From assembly GCA_041675505.1 (NCBI GenBank), contig JBAYTR010000010.1:67895-131894 (forward strand): a DNA stretch of 64,000 nt, read 5' to 3'. The translations under genes and the position numbers were made by a program. Source of the stretch: Bacteroidia bacterium (GTDB lineage: Bacteria > Bacteroidota > Bacteroidia > UKL13-3). Positions 35,730 to 46,787 of this stretch are shown here, piece by piece. Each line of letters opens with the position of its first letter. Position 1 is the first letter of the stretch. The notes beneath the pieces are model-generated. The model did no database searches. It saw nothing but the letters and a program-made list of their open reading frames with translations, and had not been told where the DNA came from.

Positions 35730-37895
35730 TCAGCGAATAATTTTCAACTCGTTGATGAGGTTGTTGGCGTTGCCGTATTTCTCCATCACAAAAAGCACGT
35801 AGCGAATGTCTACGTTAATGGTACGTTTGTAGTTAGGGTCGAAAGCAATGTCACCGCTCATGGCTTCCCAGTTGCCGTCAAAAGCCAACCCAATCAGGTG
35901 GCCTTCTCCATTGATTACCGGGCTGCCGGAGTTACCACCGGTAATATCATTGGTGGTAATAAAGGCTACGGGAACATCTCCGTTTTCAGCATAGCTGCCA
36001 AAGTCTTTTTTCTCATACAACTCTTTCAGTTTAGCGGGCACGGCAAACTCATGGCTGTTGGGATTTTCTTTCTCCATAATGCCGCTGAGGTGCGTAGAGA
36101 TATCAAACTGCACTGCGTCTTTTGATTTATAACTTTTAACATTACCATAAGTTAAACGCAGGGTTGAGTTAGCATCTGGGTACATGGTTTTGCCTGCATT
36201 TTTTTCACGCAAGGCCTTCATGTAAGTTTTACCTTCAGCAGCAATTACGGTGTTGTATTCTTTAGCATATTTTGCGTAGTTGGTGTTGTAGTTGTCGATG
36301 AAAGCCTTTATGTAAATATACGCAGGGTCTTTCTGCAGTTTTTTCAAATCAGGTTTTTTCAACCAGGCTTTCACCTTATTGCTATCAGCAAACATGGACT
36401 TGGCAAAAATCATTTTAGCATAATCTTTCGCCTGCTCTTTGCCTTTATCCTTGTCGTCACTCTTTATAATTTTAGCCAACAAAGCCGGGTGTTGGTTTTT
36501 AGGAATGTCTTTGTAAAAATACCAAAGCATGGCAGCAAGTATTTTGCGGTCTGAAACATGATTGAGTGTTTTGTATTGTGCATCAAAACCTTTGGCAATC
36601 ATCTCCAGATTTTTGCGCGCTGTGCTGGTATCGGTACCCAAACGTTTCATGGCGGTATCGGTTAAGGCGTTTTCATATCCGCTGAACATGGAAGCAATGT
36701 TGAGCAGTGTTGAACCCATAATGCCTTCACGCAGGTATACCCCGTGTTTGTTGTAGGGTTGGTAAGCATCTGTAGCGGTTTTCATTTTATTCAGTACGCT
36801 GTTGTATTCTGCCTTGTTGGAGGCCCATTTCAGGTACTCTGTCTCTTCGGCTTGTTTTTGTTCGTACACTTTCAGGCGCTTCAACTGTTCGGTTTGGCCA
36901 ATGAAGTATTTCCAGTAGTTAGCAATTTGTGCATAGCGTGAAGCCAATTGAATACGTACAGCCACATCTTTGTCCATTTCTTCTTTCATCAACTCCAAAC
37001 GTTTGTCGCGAAGTTTAACAATAGACGGGTTGGTTTCATCAATAGCCAATTTAACTCCGAAAGAAGTTTCATAGCGGTTGGTACGACCGGGGAAACCGTA
37101 TACCATAGCAAAGTCACCGTCTTTAATGCCTTTGATGTTTACAGGCAAGTAGTGCTTGGGTTTGTAAGGAACGTTCTCCGGTGAGTAGCCCGCAGGCTTG
37201 TTATCTTTATTGGCATAAATGCGGAAGATGGAGAAGTCACCCGTGTGGCGGGGCCACATCCAGTTGTCGGTATCACCACCAAATTTACCAATCGCTTCAG
37301 GCGGTGTGGCTACCAAACGAATATCGGTGAACTTTTCAAACACATACAGGTAGTATTCGTTTCCGCGAAACATATCACGAACAAAAGCTTCGTAGTGTGT
37401 TCCTTCAGTGGCTTTTTTGCTCAATGCTTTGGTTACCTCAGCAACTTTAGCTGCTTGTTTATCGGCAGGAACACCGGCAATGGCCGCGTTAACCTGATCG
37501 GTAACGTCTTCCATGCGCACCAGAATGGAAACCCACATACCGGGGTTAGCCAGTTCTTCTTTGTTGTTTTTGGCCCAAAAGCCATCCTTCAAAATGTTGT
37601 TGGATGTGCTGCTGTGTGAGGCAATGGCACCGTATCCGCAATGGTGATTGGTAAGTAACAAACCCTGTTCAGAGATAATCTCTGAAGTGCAACCGCCATT
37701 GAACCAGGCTATGGCATCTTTGAGGCTGGAGTTGTTTACATCATACAATTGCTCGGGGGTAAGTTTAAGCCCCTTGGCTTTCATTTCTTCATAGTTGTAC
37801 TTCTTTAACAGAAGCGGGAGCCACATGCCCTCATCAGCTCTTAATGAACTGATAAATACGAGGCAAATAGCAAAAGAGAGTAATATTCTTTTCAT
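35730..37895 (-). CDS. S46-family dipeptidyl-peptidase (DPP7/DPP11-like)
   Basis: Signal peptide followed by the hallmark DEGMWLP motif, LLTNHHCG around the catalytic His, and NSGSPVIN around the catalytic Ser. Confidence 0.9.
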   Translation of the reverse strand: MKRILLSFAICLVFISSLRADEGMWLPLLLKKYNYEEMKAKGLKLTPEQLYDVNNSSLKDAIAWFNGGCTSEIISEQGLLLTNHHCGYGAIASHSSTSNNILKDGFWAKNNKEELANPGMWVSILVRMEDVTDQVNAAIAGVPADKQAAKVAEVTKALSKKATEGTHYEAFVRDMFRGNEYYLYVFEKFTDIRLVATPPEAIGKFGGDTDNWMWPRHTGDFSIFRIYANKDNKPAGYSPENVPYKPKHYLPVNIKGIKDGDFAMVYGFPGRTNRYETSFGVKLAIDETNPSIVKLRDKRLELMKEEMDKDVAVRIQLASRYAQIANYWKYFIGQTEQLKRLKVYEQKQAEETEYLKWASNKAEYNSVLNKMKTATDAYQPYNKHGVYLREGIMGSTLLNIASMFSGYENALTDTAMKRLGTDTSTARKNLEMIAKGFDAQYKTLNHVSDRKILAAMLWYFYKDIPKNQHPALLAKIIKSDDKDKGKEQAKDYAKMIFAKSMFADSNKVKAWLKKPDLKKLQKDPAYIYIKAFIDNYNTNYAKYAKEYNTVIAAEGKTYMKALREKNAGKTMYPDANSTLRLTYGNVKSYKSKDAVQFDISTHLSGIMEKENPNSHEFAVPAKLKELYEKKDFGSYAENGDVPVAFITTNDITGGNSGSPVINGEGHLIGLAFDGNWEAMSGDIAFDPNYKRTINVDIRYVLFVMEKYGNANNLINELKIIR

Positions 37896-38188
37896 GGGCG
37901 ATTTAATTTTTTGCAGCGCAAGTTTACGCCTTTTTAGAGAATGGAAGTGAGACGAAAGAGTCCTTTGAGGAAAAAATCGATTAAAGTATTGTTTTTCTGT
38001 TTGAAACACATAATTTCACGTATCAAAAAACAACACTAAATGAAACCAAAACGCCTGACTTTCTATGTTTTTACAGGCAATTGTCGCATAAGTATAAATA
38101 TGGCCACCTGCTCACCCGGCCTGTACCTGGTACAACTAGTAAATAACGGCAGTATTTTAAAAACACAAAAACTACTAAAACAACGCTG

Positions 38189-39709
38189 ATGAGCACACAC
38201 AGCTATAAAAAGTTGGTTGCGGTAGTATCGTTGCTTACCTCGCTTACCACACAGGCGCAGTTTAGGCACTTTAACAAAATGTACAACCACAAGGGTTGGT
38301 GGGACAATGCAGTGGGTGTAGTTGATTTAGGCAACCACTACCTTGTTGCAGGCACCACTGCCGATTTGCTTTCTCCTGATTCCAGCTACTACCGTTCGCT
38401 TTGGCTTTATTATCTTGATAGCGCGGGTAACAAAGGTAATGAGCGACTAATACATTTCCCTTACCAGTTTGCAGGTGTAGGGCCTGTTGGTTCTGGACGG
38501 AATTTCTTAACAAAAGCTTCTGAAGGAAAGTATCTATTTACCGGTACGCTTTCAGATACAAATCAAAATGCGCGAATATTGTTGATGGAACTTGACTCAT
38601 CTTTGCAGCCGTTATGGATAACAATAGATAGCACAAAAGGCTATATGCTTCCCTACGATGCTACTAAACTTTTGGATGGAGGCTATATGGTTTGCGGCTA
38701 TTCCGGTGAAAACTATGCAAGTAAATTGGAGGGCTTTTTAGCTCGATATGATCAGTGGGGGAATCGTATATGGGTTAAGCAATACTCTGGCATTGGAAAC
38801 ACAGGTTTTAGTAGCATTATTCTATTTGATTCATCTTCACTATTAACCACCAGAACGTATTCTCAATCGGGAAGTAAGACCTCCATTTTAAAGATTGACA
38901 CCTCAGGTGTTATGATATGGAGTAAAGAGACTAGCCTTAGTAGCGTTTCTTTTAATATTAAGAAAAGTACTGATAGCACTTATATTATTTATGGAGTAGC
39001 AGGAAAGACGAATAATATTTATGGGTTAGTTGGCAAGTTTAAACTTAATAATGAAGTAAGTCTAATGTGGGCAGACTCCTTTCGCTTAGCACGCTTTAGT
39101 CATTTTATTGATGTTTTTGAATTACCCGGTGGCAATATTATAGCTGTGGGTGAAACTGACAATGTCAACGCGTTTAATGGTACCACCATTGCTTGGTGTG
39201 TTAAGGTTTCTTCAAACGGCCAATATTTGAGAGAAAAGTTATACTTTTATGAAGACGGTCGCCCCAGCCACATGTGGGGCGCATCTTCTACCAGCGATGG
39301 GGGTATTATATGCGTAGGAACCGCACAAAACGATTATGAGCCTTCACCTTATGGGCAAGATGCCTGGGTTATGAAAATTGACACCAACCTGTGTGATACC
39401 CCTGGTTGTTCAGGAGTTATTATTGGTACTACAGCAGATGAAGAATTTAAAACAAATGATGTTAAGGTTTATCCCAATCCATTCAACAATGATGTAAATC
39501 TTATTTATTCTTTAAGACAGGGCGCATCAGAAATGTGTGTAAAGGTATACAACATGATGGGAACAGAGATTTATAGGCAGGAAAATTTACCCAATAGCTG
39601 GATTAATAGCATAGCCTTAAATTTAAGCCAACACCAAACAGGTATTTACCTGATAAAACTGTTTTGTAACGGCACACAAATAGCAACAAAAAAGGTGATT
39701 AAAAATTAA
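38189..39709 (+). CDS. Hypothetical secreted protein with T9SS C-terminal sorting domain
   Basis: Signal peptide and the C-terminal block VYPNPFNNDVNLIYS...IYLIKLFCNGTQIATKKVIKN. Confidence 0.7.
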   Translation: MSTHSYKKLVAVVSLLTSLTTQAQFRHFNKMYNHKGWWDNAVGVVDLGNHYLVAGTTADLLSPDSSYYRSLWLYYLDSAGNKGNERLIHFPYQFAGVGPVGSGRNFLTKASEGKYLFTGTLSDTNQNARILLMELDSSLQPLWITIDSTKGYMLPYDATKLLDGGYMVCGYSGENYASKLEGFLARYDQWGNRIWVKQYSGIGNTGFSSIILFDSSSLLTTRTYSQSGSKTSILKIDTSGVMIWSKETSLSSVSFNIKKSTDSTYIIYGVAGKTNNIYGLVGKFKLNNEVSLMWADSFRLARFSHFIDVFELPGGNIIAVGETDNVNAFNGTTIAWCVKVSSNGQYLREKLYFYEDGRPSHMWGASSTSDGGIICVGTAQNDYEPSPYGQDAWVMKIDTNLCDTPGCSGVIIGTTADEEFKTNDVKVYPNPFNNDVNLIYSLRQGASEMCVKVYNMMGTEIYRQENLPNSWINSIALNLSQHQTGIYLIKLFCNGTQIATKKVIKN

Positions 39710-39716
39710 AACTACG

Positions 39717-40607
39717 CTACTCCTGCGATAGCCAACCCAGCGTACCTCCGGTATGTAACAACAGCAGCTTTTCTCCGGTTTTTATGTCTCCGCGTTCTAC
39801 CAGTTGATGGGCGGCCAGCAACATTTTTCCCGTGTATACCTGATCAAACAAAATACCCGTTTGAGCAGCGGTGTTTTTAATGAGGGTGATTAATCGGTCG
39901 GTAGTTTTAGCATATCCTCCTTCATGAAACTCCGTATGCAGGGTAAGGTTGTTGAGCGCGGGAGCAAGAGTATGAATGTCCTTGCGTAAAAAATCAGCAC
40001 CTTTTAAAACAGCTATGCTGTGCACGTGTGCGTTCGGTTGGTGGCGGGCAAACCCTTTGGCTACACCGGCTGTAGTGCCTCCGGTACCGGAAGCCAGCAA
40101 CACGTGGTTGAACGACTGATTTACTTCTGCGGCTATTTCTTCACAGCCTTTTACTGCCAGCAGGTTGGTACCTCCTTCAGGCAATACGTACGACTGTGCT
40201 TGTGCATATTGTTGTGCCAATACTTCTTTGTCGCGGTATGCCTCGCGCGACACAAAAATGATTTCCATACCAAACGTTTGGCAAATGTGCAGCATGTAAT
40301 TGTGTGTACCCGCATCGCCCCGCACCAAACCCGTTGATTGGAATCCGCACAAAGCCCCTGCGCAGGCTACCGCCACTAAATGGTTGCTGTAAGCGCCACC
40401 AAAGGTAAGCAGGTGTGATTTGCCTTGTTGTTCAGCCTCCATTAAGTTGTATTTGAGTTTGCGCCACTTGTTGCCGCTTACAAACGGATGAATTAAATCA
40501 TCGCGCTTTAGCCACACCTCAACACCGGCCTTTTCAAAAGCAGGCAGCACAAAACGTTGCAAAGGAGCATGAACGGGAGCACTGAAAATAGCTGTAGCAC
40601 GAAGCAT
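39717..40607 (-). CDS. 1-aminocyclopropane-1-carboxylate deaminase/D-cysteine desulfhydrase-family PLP enzyme
   Basis: KRDDLIHPFVSGNKWRKL (the PLP-binding lysine context) and HTGGT; 296 aa. Confidence 0.75.
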   Translation of the reverse strand: MLRATAIFSAPVHAPLQRFVLPAFEKAGVEVWLKRDDLIHPFVSGNKWRKLKYNLMEAEQQGKSHLLTFGGAYSNHLVAVACAGALCGFQSTGLVRGDAGTHNYMLHICQTFGMEIIFVSREAYRDKEVLAQQYAQAQSYVLPEGGTNLLAVKGCEEIAAEVNQSFNHVLLASGTGGTTAGVAKGFARHQPNAHVHSIAVLKGADFLRKDIHTLAPALNNLTLHTEFHEGGYAKTTDRLITLIKNTAAQTGILFDQVYTGKMLLAAHQLVERGDIKTGEKLLLLHTGGTLGWLSQE

Positions 40608-40647
40608 GGCACGAAAGTAATATCAAATTCTGTATCTTTGATTTACG

Positions 40648-42144
40648 ATGAGTGACAGTAAGCAGAAACCTCTGCATTTGTTTACCGTGTTTATATTGGC
40701 ACAGGCGGTGTTGTTTTGGATAACTCGGCACGACCCGTTTTTTGGAGATGCTGTTTCAGGCGTATCGCGCGCAGCGGTACACATTTTTGAGCAACAACTA
40801 AGCACTGTTTTTTTTCTTCCGCAACATGACCCCGGTCATCCTACCTTGTTCCCGGTATTGATATCGGCCAGCTGGATGGTGCTGGGTAAAAAACTGTGGG
40901 TGGCACATTTGCTCGTTAACCTTTTTGCAACAGGCACACTTTACCTCACGTGGCGATTGGCCAATAAGTGTTTAACCGGTTGGTGGCCCTATTTGCCTGT
41001 ATTGTTTTTAACGCTTTCAGCTACGTACCTCGCGCAAAGTGCGATGCTCACCAACCACATGCCGCTTACGTTTTTTTACCTGCTCGCCTTTACTGCACTG
41101 TTGGAGAAACGTTCCTTTATTTTTATAATCGCTTCTTGTGCTATGGTGCTCTTGCATTTGCAAGCTGTTTTTATGTTGGCAGCTATGGCTCTGGCGGAGA
41201 TGTATATTCACACCGGTGTAAATCGGCAAAGTGTAGTTCAGTTTTTTAAACAAAAACTCTGGTGGTTTATTCCTTCGGCTGCAGTGTTTTTTTGTTGGGG
41301 TTATTTGCATGCGCAACAAACGGGCTGGGCTTTCAGTTCTCCTGTTTTTGCGGAACACCGGCAAGCAGTTGGCTTTGCAGGATTTATAAAACACGTACTC
41401 ATTTCCTTTTGGCGATTGGCCGATTATGGATACTTTATTTTTTATGTGCCGTTGCTGATACTTTTTTTTCGTGAGCGGAAAAAACTTGCTCAACTTTTAA
41501 CGCAGCATACACTAACCGTTTCGTGGATAATTCATTTAAGTGTTACAGCCCTGCTTATTTGCGCTACGTTAAACTATTCTCCAGGTCACCGGTACTTTTT
41601 TCCGTTCAGTGCCTTGTTGAGCATAGTGGCTGTGGTGGCGTTGAAAGAAGCATTTCGGCAAAAACCTGCGCGGTGGATGTTGGGCGTTTCTATAGCCGTG
41701 GTATTGGTGTTGGGCAACTACTGGTATTATCCGGGTAAATGTTTGGGTGACGCCACGCTGGCCTACAGAAATTATTTCGCTTTGGAAAAACAGATTCAGC
41801 AGGAGCTGCCCGATAGTGTAATAATCTATACTTATGCACCACTGGCGTCTGAGACGAAGTACACCACACTTAAAGAAACAGGTAATCTTCAGGTAAAAGA
41901 ACTGTACGGTAAAAATATTCAAGAAACACCTGTGGTGTTGCAAAGCAACTGCAACTGTGAATTTTCTACGGAAGAGTTAAATGCATTGCAACAGTGGAAA
42001 GGTAAAAGCTATGAGCAACATGCCGTGTATGTGAATGTATTGTTTAATCCGCAGTATTTTCAGACACCGCCACTGAATGAAACTTTGCGCGAAAAAAGTG
42101 CTGTGGAGTTGTGGATGGAGAAGAGCAAACAAGCGGCTCAATAA
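40648..42144 (+). CDS. Polytopic membrane protein, probably a GT39/ArnT-like glycosyltransferase (tentative)
   Basis: At least ten hydrophobic segments; the general architecture resembles PMT_2/ArnT. Confidence 0.4.
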   Translation: MSDSKQKPLHLFTVFILAQAVLFWITRHDPFFGDAVSGVSRAAVHIFEQQLSTVFFLPQHDPGHPTLFPVLISASWMVLGKKLWVAHLLVNLFATGTLYLTWRLANKCLTGWWPYLPVLFLTLSATYLAQSAMLTNHMPLTFFYLLAFTALLEKRSFIFIIASCAMVLLHLQAVFMLAAMALAEMYIHTGVNRQSVVQFFKQKLWWFIPSAAVFFCWGYLHAQQTGWAFSSPVFAEHRQAVGFAGFIKHVLISFWRLADYGYFIFYVPLLILFFRERKKLAQLLTQHTLTVSWIIHLSVTALLICATLNYSPGHRYFFPFSALLSIVAVVALKEAFRQKPARWMLGVSIAVVLVLGNYWYYPGKCLGDATLAYRNYFALEKQIQQELPDSVIIYTYAPLASETKYTTLKETGNLQVKELYGKNIQETPVVLQSNCNCEFSTEELNALQQWKGKSYEQHAVYVNVLFNPQYFQTPPLNETLREKSAVELWMEKSKQAAQ

Positions 42145-42240
42145 AAAAAGACTCTCACAACCAGTTGGCTGAAGAGAGATTTATTTCTTGATACAACGCC
42201 TGCTTGCCCGCTGTTGTCTTGTTGGCACAAAACCGTTTTT

Positions 42241-42804
42241 ATGAGAAAAGTAAAACTCTTTATTGCGTGCAGTGCTGATGGCTACATTGCCACACCGGAT
42301 GGGGGCCTTGATTTTTTGTCAACCGTAGAACAGCCGGGTGAAGATTATGGCTACGCAACTCATTATGCCACCATTGATACCGTAGTGTTGGGTCGGAAAA
42401 CCTACGAGAAGGTACTTTCTTTCGGTATGCCGTTTCCGCACAGTTGCACCACCTACATTATTACATCTAAACCTCAACCCCCGCAAGGCAATATTCATTT
42501 TTATCATCAAGGTCCGGTCGCGCTTATTCGCGAGTTACTGCAGCAACCCGGTAAGGATATTTTTGTAGACGGTGGTGCAGAGGTTATTCATGCGTTGATG
42601 CAGGAACAGTTGATTCATGAAATGACCATCTCGGTTATTCCCGTTTTGTTGGGTAGCGGTATTCGACTATTTAAAGAAGGGTTTAGTCAACAGGTGCTTA
42701 CACTTATGGAGAGCAAATCGTTCCCCAGCGGATTGGTACAGATGACATATTCCGTTAACTCACCCAAAGCAGCAGTTCACACGCCCAAACAGCCGGTTCA
42801 GTAA
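42241..42804 (+). CDS. Dihydrofolate-reductase-like (RibD C-terminal domain) family protein
   Basis: MRKVKLFIACSADGYIATPDGGLDFL is typical of the RibD_C/DHFR-like family. Confidence 0.75.
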   Translation: MRKVKLFIACSADGYIATPDGGLDFLSTVEQPGEDYGYATHYATIDTVVLGRKTYEKVLSFGMPFPHSCTTYIITSKPQPPQGNIHFYHQGPVALIRELLQQPGKDIFVDGGAEVIHALMQEQLIHEMTISVIPVLLGSGIRLFKEGFSQQVLTLMESKSFPSGLVQMTYSVNSPKAAVHTPKQPVQ

Positions 42805-42855
42805 AAGGCATCAAATTGTTTTTTACCACCCCTCTACTTTTGTTCCGTCAATCAG

Positions 42856-43617
42856 ATGTATATGAAACACGCAGTTGCAGCCGCATTTTTATTTCTCACT
42901 ATTCCGGTATTTGCTCAGGATTATTGGGCCAAGGTGCCGGCTTTCAGTAACCAATGTTACAGCCTAAACGATAAGCTGACGGAACAGGTTCAGGTTTACC
43001 ACGATGAGGTAAGCGGACGTATAGCTCAGCTGCAGGAAAAGCAGGAGAAAAAAATTCAAAACATGACGGAGGCTGAGCGCACACAAATGGCCATGAAAGC
43101 ATCTACCCAATACCAGAACATGACGCCCGATGCCATTCGTAAAATGCAGGAAGAGCAGCTATTGCAAATGACACTGATGCAGGAAACCGAAGCAAAACAT
43201 ACAGCCATTATTGATAAGATAACAGCGGCACAAAGTGCTTACAGGGCTGAGTGTGTTACTCAACTGGAACCCATTATGGCAGAGTACCGCAAATTGCCTG
43301 ATGGCGAAGGAACACCCGATTGGGCCATAACCAAAGGAAGGGCACTTATGCAACAATACAACAAAGCCTACGAGACCATCTGTTCTAAATACATTACCGG
43401 TGCAAATGCGGTATTTAAACCATTGCTGGAAGAGTACAGGTTGTTTCAAATCAATACCGCCATTCCCAACGGGAAAAAGAGGATGGAATTTCAAATGAAA
43501 CAATTCGGCTTAACCCCGGAAAATTATGATGGTATTGTGCTGGAAGGCGTTAAGGCTTACCTCGAAAAAATGAAAGAGGTGTATGACCTGCGTCAACTGC
43601 AAAAACAGGGAGAATAA
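42856..43617 (+). CDS. Hypothetical secreted protein, predicted coiled-coil and helical
   Basis: Signal peptide AAAFLFLTIPVFAQ; Q/E/K-rich. Confidence 0.5.
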   Translation: MYMKHAVAAAFLFLTIPVFAQDYWAKVPAFSNQCYSLNDKLTEQVQVYHDEVSGRIAQLQEKQEKKIQNMTEAERTQMAMKASTQYQNMTPDAIRKMQEEQLLQMTLMQETEAKHTAIIDKITAAQSAYRAECVTQLEPIMAEYRKLPDGEGTPDWAITKGRALMQQYNKAYETICSKYITGANAVFKPLLEEYRLFQINTAIPNGKKRMEFQMKQFGLTPENYDGIVLEGVKAYLEKMKEVYDLRQLQKQGE

Positions 43618-43670
43618 ACTCCTTACTGAAAGAGACTAGCTTTTTTATTAAGAAAGCCTGTACTGCCTGA

Positions 43671-43705
43671 AGCTTGTCGGTAAACGACAAGCTTTTTTGT
43701 TTTAA
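43671..43705 (+). terminator. Rho-independent terminator
   Basis: Stem agcttgtcg (loop gtaaa) cgacaagct followed by tttttgtttt. Confidence 0.7.
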
Positions 43706-45357
43706 AGAATGCTTAAGTTTTTAAATGAAGTGAAAACGTCAACATCAGTATCTGGATTGGTTTTTACTTCGATGATGCGGGCGCGTGAAGGTGTAGTGTT
43801 TTGTAGTGCCTTCGTAAGTTCAGATTCATTGGCTGCTGAAGTGTAACTCAGCGTATACTGCTCAGCTACTTCTTTAACGCTTCTGTTAACAGGCGTGGCA
43901 AAAAGCAATTCGCGTTCCGGCTGTTGGCGAGGTCCGTCAATCAAGCGGAATATACCACCACCGTTGTTGTTGATGACCACCACCGTGAGGTTGGCAGGAA
44001 CAAAATCATTCCAGAAAGCATGTTCATCATAAAAGAAAGAAAGGTCTCCGGTGAGCAAAACTACCGGAGCATCAGTAGCCAGTGCAGCACCCACAGCCGT
44101 GGAGGTAGAGCCGTCAATACCACTGGTGCCGCGGTTGCTGTAGAAAGTATAATCTGGAGAATGGCTGAGGTAATTCATGTAACGAACGCTCATGCTGTTG
44201 GCCAACTGTAGCTGCGTATTTTTCGCCAGATTTTTCAGGAGTATAGCTACGGCCTTTAACTCACCAAAATCAACTGATTCCGTAAATTGTTCAAGTGCTT
44301 TTGCAGCGCGTTGATTGTGTTGTTCCCATAACGTGTGGTAATTGGAGTTGTTGAACTCCACGTTTTGCAAAAGAGCAACTAATCCGTGAATGTCTGTTCT
44401 TAAATGTTTGGGTTGTGTGGCAAAGGTATCGGGTGCCTTTTCCGACACGGTAAAATGAAAATGCTTTTTAGGGGAATATTTCTTTAAAAATAATTTGAGG
44501 TTTTTCGATACGTGATTATCGCCCACAGTAATCAAAACATCGGGTGCAAGTTGTTGACGAATGACATCATCAGCAGTACCCAATAACACATCATAATAAC
44601 TCATGTCACCCATTCCCCGCAGGTTAGCACACACATCATTGAGCCATACTATTTTTTTATTCTGCACTAAGGACTTCACTTTTTTACGCAGCTTTTCTTC
44701 AGCAGGTAAGGAGGCACAGGCTACAAGCACTGAATTGGCAAAGTTTAACGCCTCGAGCAGCTCTGTTGTGTCGGGTGCCGATAAAGAAAAGGTTACCTGC
44801 GATTGTTTGGTGCCGGGAAAAACAAACGCATCAGAAGTGTACAACGGTTCACGTAAAGGCACGTTCACATGCACCGGACCAGCATCAGGGAATACAGCAT
44901 TGAGCAAAGCCGCTTTTAGTGCGTGGATGTGGTCTTTTGTTTGGGCCGTATAGGTGTCAGGTAATTGATAGCTTGCCTTTACATGGCGGCCATAAATTTC
45001 CTGTTGGAAAATAGTTTGTCCGTCCTGGTTACCTACCAGTTCAGGGGGGCGGTCGGCTGTTAAAACGAGTAAGGGTATTTTTTGAAAATACGCTTCAGCA
45101 ATGGCAGGAGCATAGTTGAGCGAAGCAGTACCTGAGGTGCAGATGAGTACTACCGGTTTTCTTTTTTGCTGTGCTATACCCAAAGCTATAAATGCGGCAC
45201 TGCGTTCATCCACCACCACCCGCAGGTTAAATTTGTTGTATCGGTAAAAGGCCAATGTAAGCGGTGCTGAACGGGAGCCGGGAGAAACAATCACATCCTC
45301 TACTCCGTATTGTGCACAGATAACAGGAAGGTGGTTGATTTGCTGCTGTTGGTACAT
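43702..45357 (-). CDS. menD: 2-succinyl-5-enolpyruvyl-6-hydroxy-3-cyclohexene-1-carboxylate synthase
   Basis: N-terminal GVEDVIVSPGSRSAPLTLAF and ThDP-binding motifs, with MenD-typical length (551 aa). Confidence 0.85.
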   Translation of the reverse strand: MYQQQQINHLPVICAQYGVEDVIVSPGSRSAPLTLAFYRYNKFNLRVVVDERSAAFIALGIAQQKRKPVVLICTSGTASLNYAPAIAEAYFQKIPLLVLTADRPPELVGNQDGQTIFQQEIYGRHVKASYQLPDTYTAQTKDHIHALKAALLNAVFPDAGPVHVNVPLREPLYTSDAFVFPGTKQSQVTFSLSAPDTTELLEALNFANSVLVACASLPAEEKLRKKVKSLVQNKKIVWLNDVCANLRGMGDMSYYDVLLGTADDVIRQQLAPDVLITVGDNHVSKNLKLFLKKYSPKKHFHFTVSEKAPDTFATQPKHLRTDIHGLVALLQNVEFNNSNYHTLWEQHNQRAAKALEQFTESVDFGELKAVAILLKNLAKNTQLQLANSMSVRYMNYLSHSPDYTFYSNRGTSGIDGSTSTAVGAALATDAPVVLLTGDLSFFYDEHAFWNDFVPANLTVVVINNNGGGIFRLIDGPRQQPERELLFATPVNRSVKEVAEQYTLSYTSAANESELTKALQNTTPSRARIIEVKTNPDTDVDVFTSFKNLSIL

Positions 45358-45418
45358 AATGGGAGTAACTAAAATACGTTTTTAAGGTTTTGAAAAATAA
45401 TGAAAGATTTACTGCGAC

Positions 45419-46675
45419 TTATAAAATGATTAATTTCTTAGTTATTGAATGATATTGAGATGAGATACGGACAAAATAGATGCCCTGCTGAAGCCCCATC
45501 TCAATGGGAACTTCTCCCTGAGCTGCTAAGTGTTTATGTGAACGTACAATCATTCCCTTGCAGTCAAATATCTGAACAGCAACTTCAGTTTTGAAATTAC
45601 CGTATTTTGCTTTTGCTCCCTTCACCGCTGGATTAGGAAAAACTTCTGCAAATGCCTTTATTGAGATATTAGTTGTTTCTTTTATGCGTGTTATTGTTCC
45701 AGTATCTGAATTAGCACCTGTCAATTTAAACAATCCCTTATTATTAGATGTAACCCAAAGTGTATTATTTTTATCAAATGCACCTTCTATAAACCAACCA
45801 CTTTGGGCTCTTGAGTTTCCAACATTGGTTGCCCACTCTGTGCCATTAAATTTAAAAACATCCCCTGATGCGGCAATAAACCAGACTTTACCTATTTTAT
45901 CTTCAATAATTTTATTTACTCCAAGTAAACCAGTTGCATTTACAGGGCTTTCGGATTTAATAGTGTTTTGATTTACGTCAAAATGTACAATTTTATTTGA
46001 AAAGCACCCTGCCCATATATGTGAGTTTTTATCAGCATGTATGCTAGTCATATCGCTTGGTAAATCCTGGCCGTTTGATAGTTTTAAATACGTAGTAAAA
46101 GATGCCTGATTGAATTTAATCAATGCCTTATATGAGATTAACCACACATTATTATTACGATCAATTGTTAGTCTGGTTACAAAGTTTGTAGGAATTTGAG
46201 AGTTAGAAGTATTGAAAAGTGTAAATGTACCATTGTTAAATTTTCCAATCCCATTTATATCAAACACACACCAAATGTTCCCATTCTTGTCTGCCTGTAT
46301 ATGGAGTATCTTTTGCCCTGGATGCCCTGAATTTGAAGAATTATATTTCTTCCAAACGCTATCTCCATCAAGTTCGAGTAACTCAGCCCCATTTCCAATC
46401 CAAATATGATCATTTGCGTCAACACAAAGTCCTGGGCCCAAGTTTTCATATGGAGAGTTACTGGAATTATAAATTTTTAGACCTCCTGATTTCGTTATTT
46501 TGAATAGTCCTTGCTCTCCTCGTACCCACAAATTATCTTTTGAATCAATTGCGATTTCAGAGAGAAAAGTGTCAACAGAGCTGTATGGGAATTGTTGTAA
46601 ATTTTCCCAAACATATGTTTGACTTTTTGCTGTTATCCAACCAACAGCACAGACTAGGAAAAGAAGCTTCTTCAT
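45419..46675 (-). CDS. Secreted beta-propeller repeat protein (two-component-regulator-propeller-like repeats) with T9SS C-terminal sorting domain
   Basis: Repeated N-x-W/NNVW motifs (DNLWV, NGNIWC, NNVWLIS, HIWAG, GKVWF, NTLWVT) and the C-terminal block EVFPNPA...GIYFVRISSQYHSITKKLIIL. Confidence 0.65.
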   Translation of the reverse strand: MKKLLFLVCAVGWITAKSQTYVWENLQQFPYSSVDTFLSEIAIDSKDNLWVRGEQGLFKITKSGGLKIYNSSNSPYENLGPGLCVDANDHIWIGNGAELLELDGDSVWKKYNSSNSGHPGQKILHIQADKNGNIWCVFDINGIGKFNNGTFTLFNTSNSQIPTNFVTRLTIDRNNNVWLISYKALIKFNQASFTTYLKLSNGQDLPSDMTSIHADKNSHIWAGCFSNKIVHFDVNQNTIKSESPVNATGLLGVNKIIEDKIGKVWFIAASGDVFKFNGTEWATNVGNSRAQSGWFIEGAFDKNNTLWVTSNNKGLFKLTGANSDTGTITRIKETTNISIKAFAEVFPNPAVKGAKAKYGNFKTEVAVQIFDCKGMIVRSHKHLAAQGEVPIEMGLQQGIYFVRISSQYHSITKKLIIL

Positions 46676-46787
46676 ATAATTTAAGTTTTAACAACACAAT
46701 AATAGAGAATGAGGTTTGAATTTTCTCAATTAAAACATATGAGTAAAGCCACAGTAATTAATGTCTGTCAGCTGTTGGTACATGATG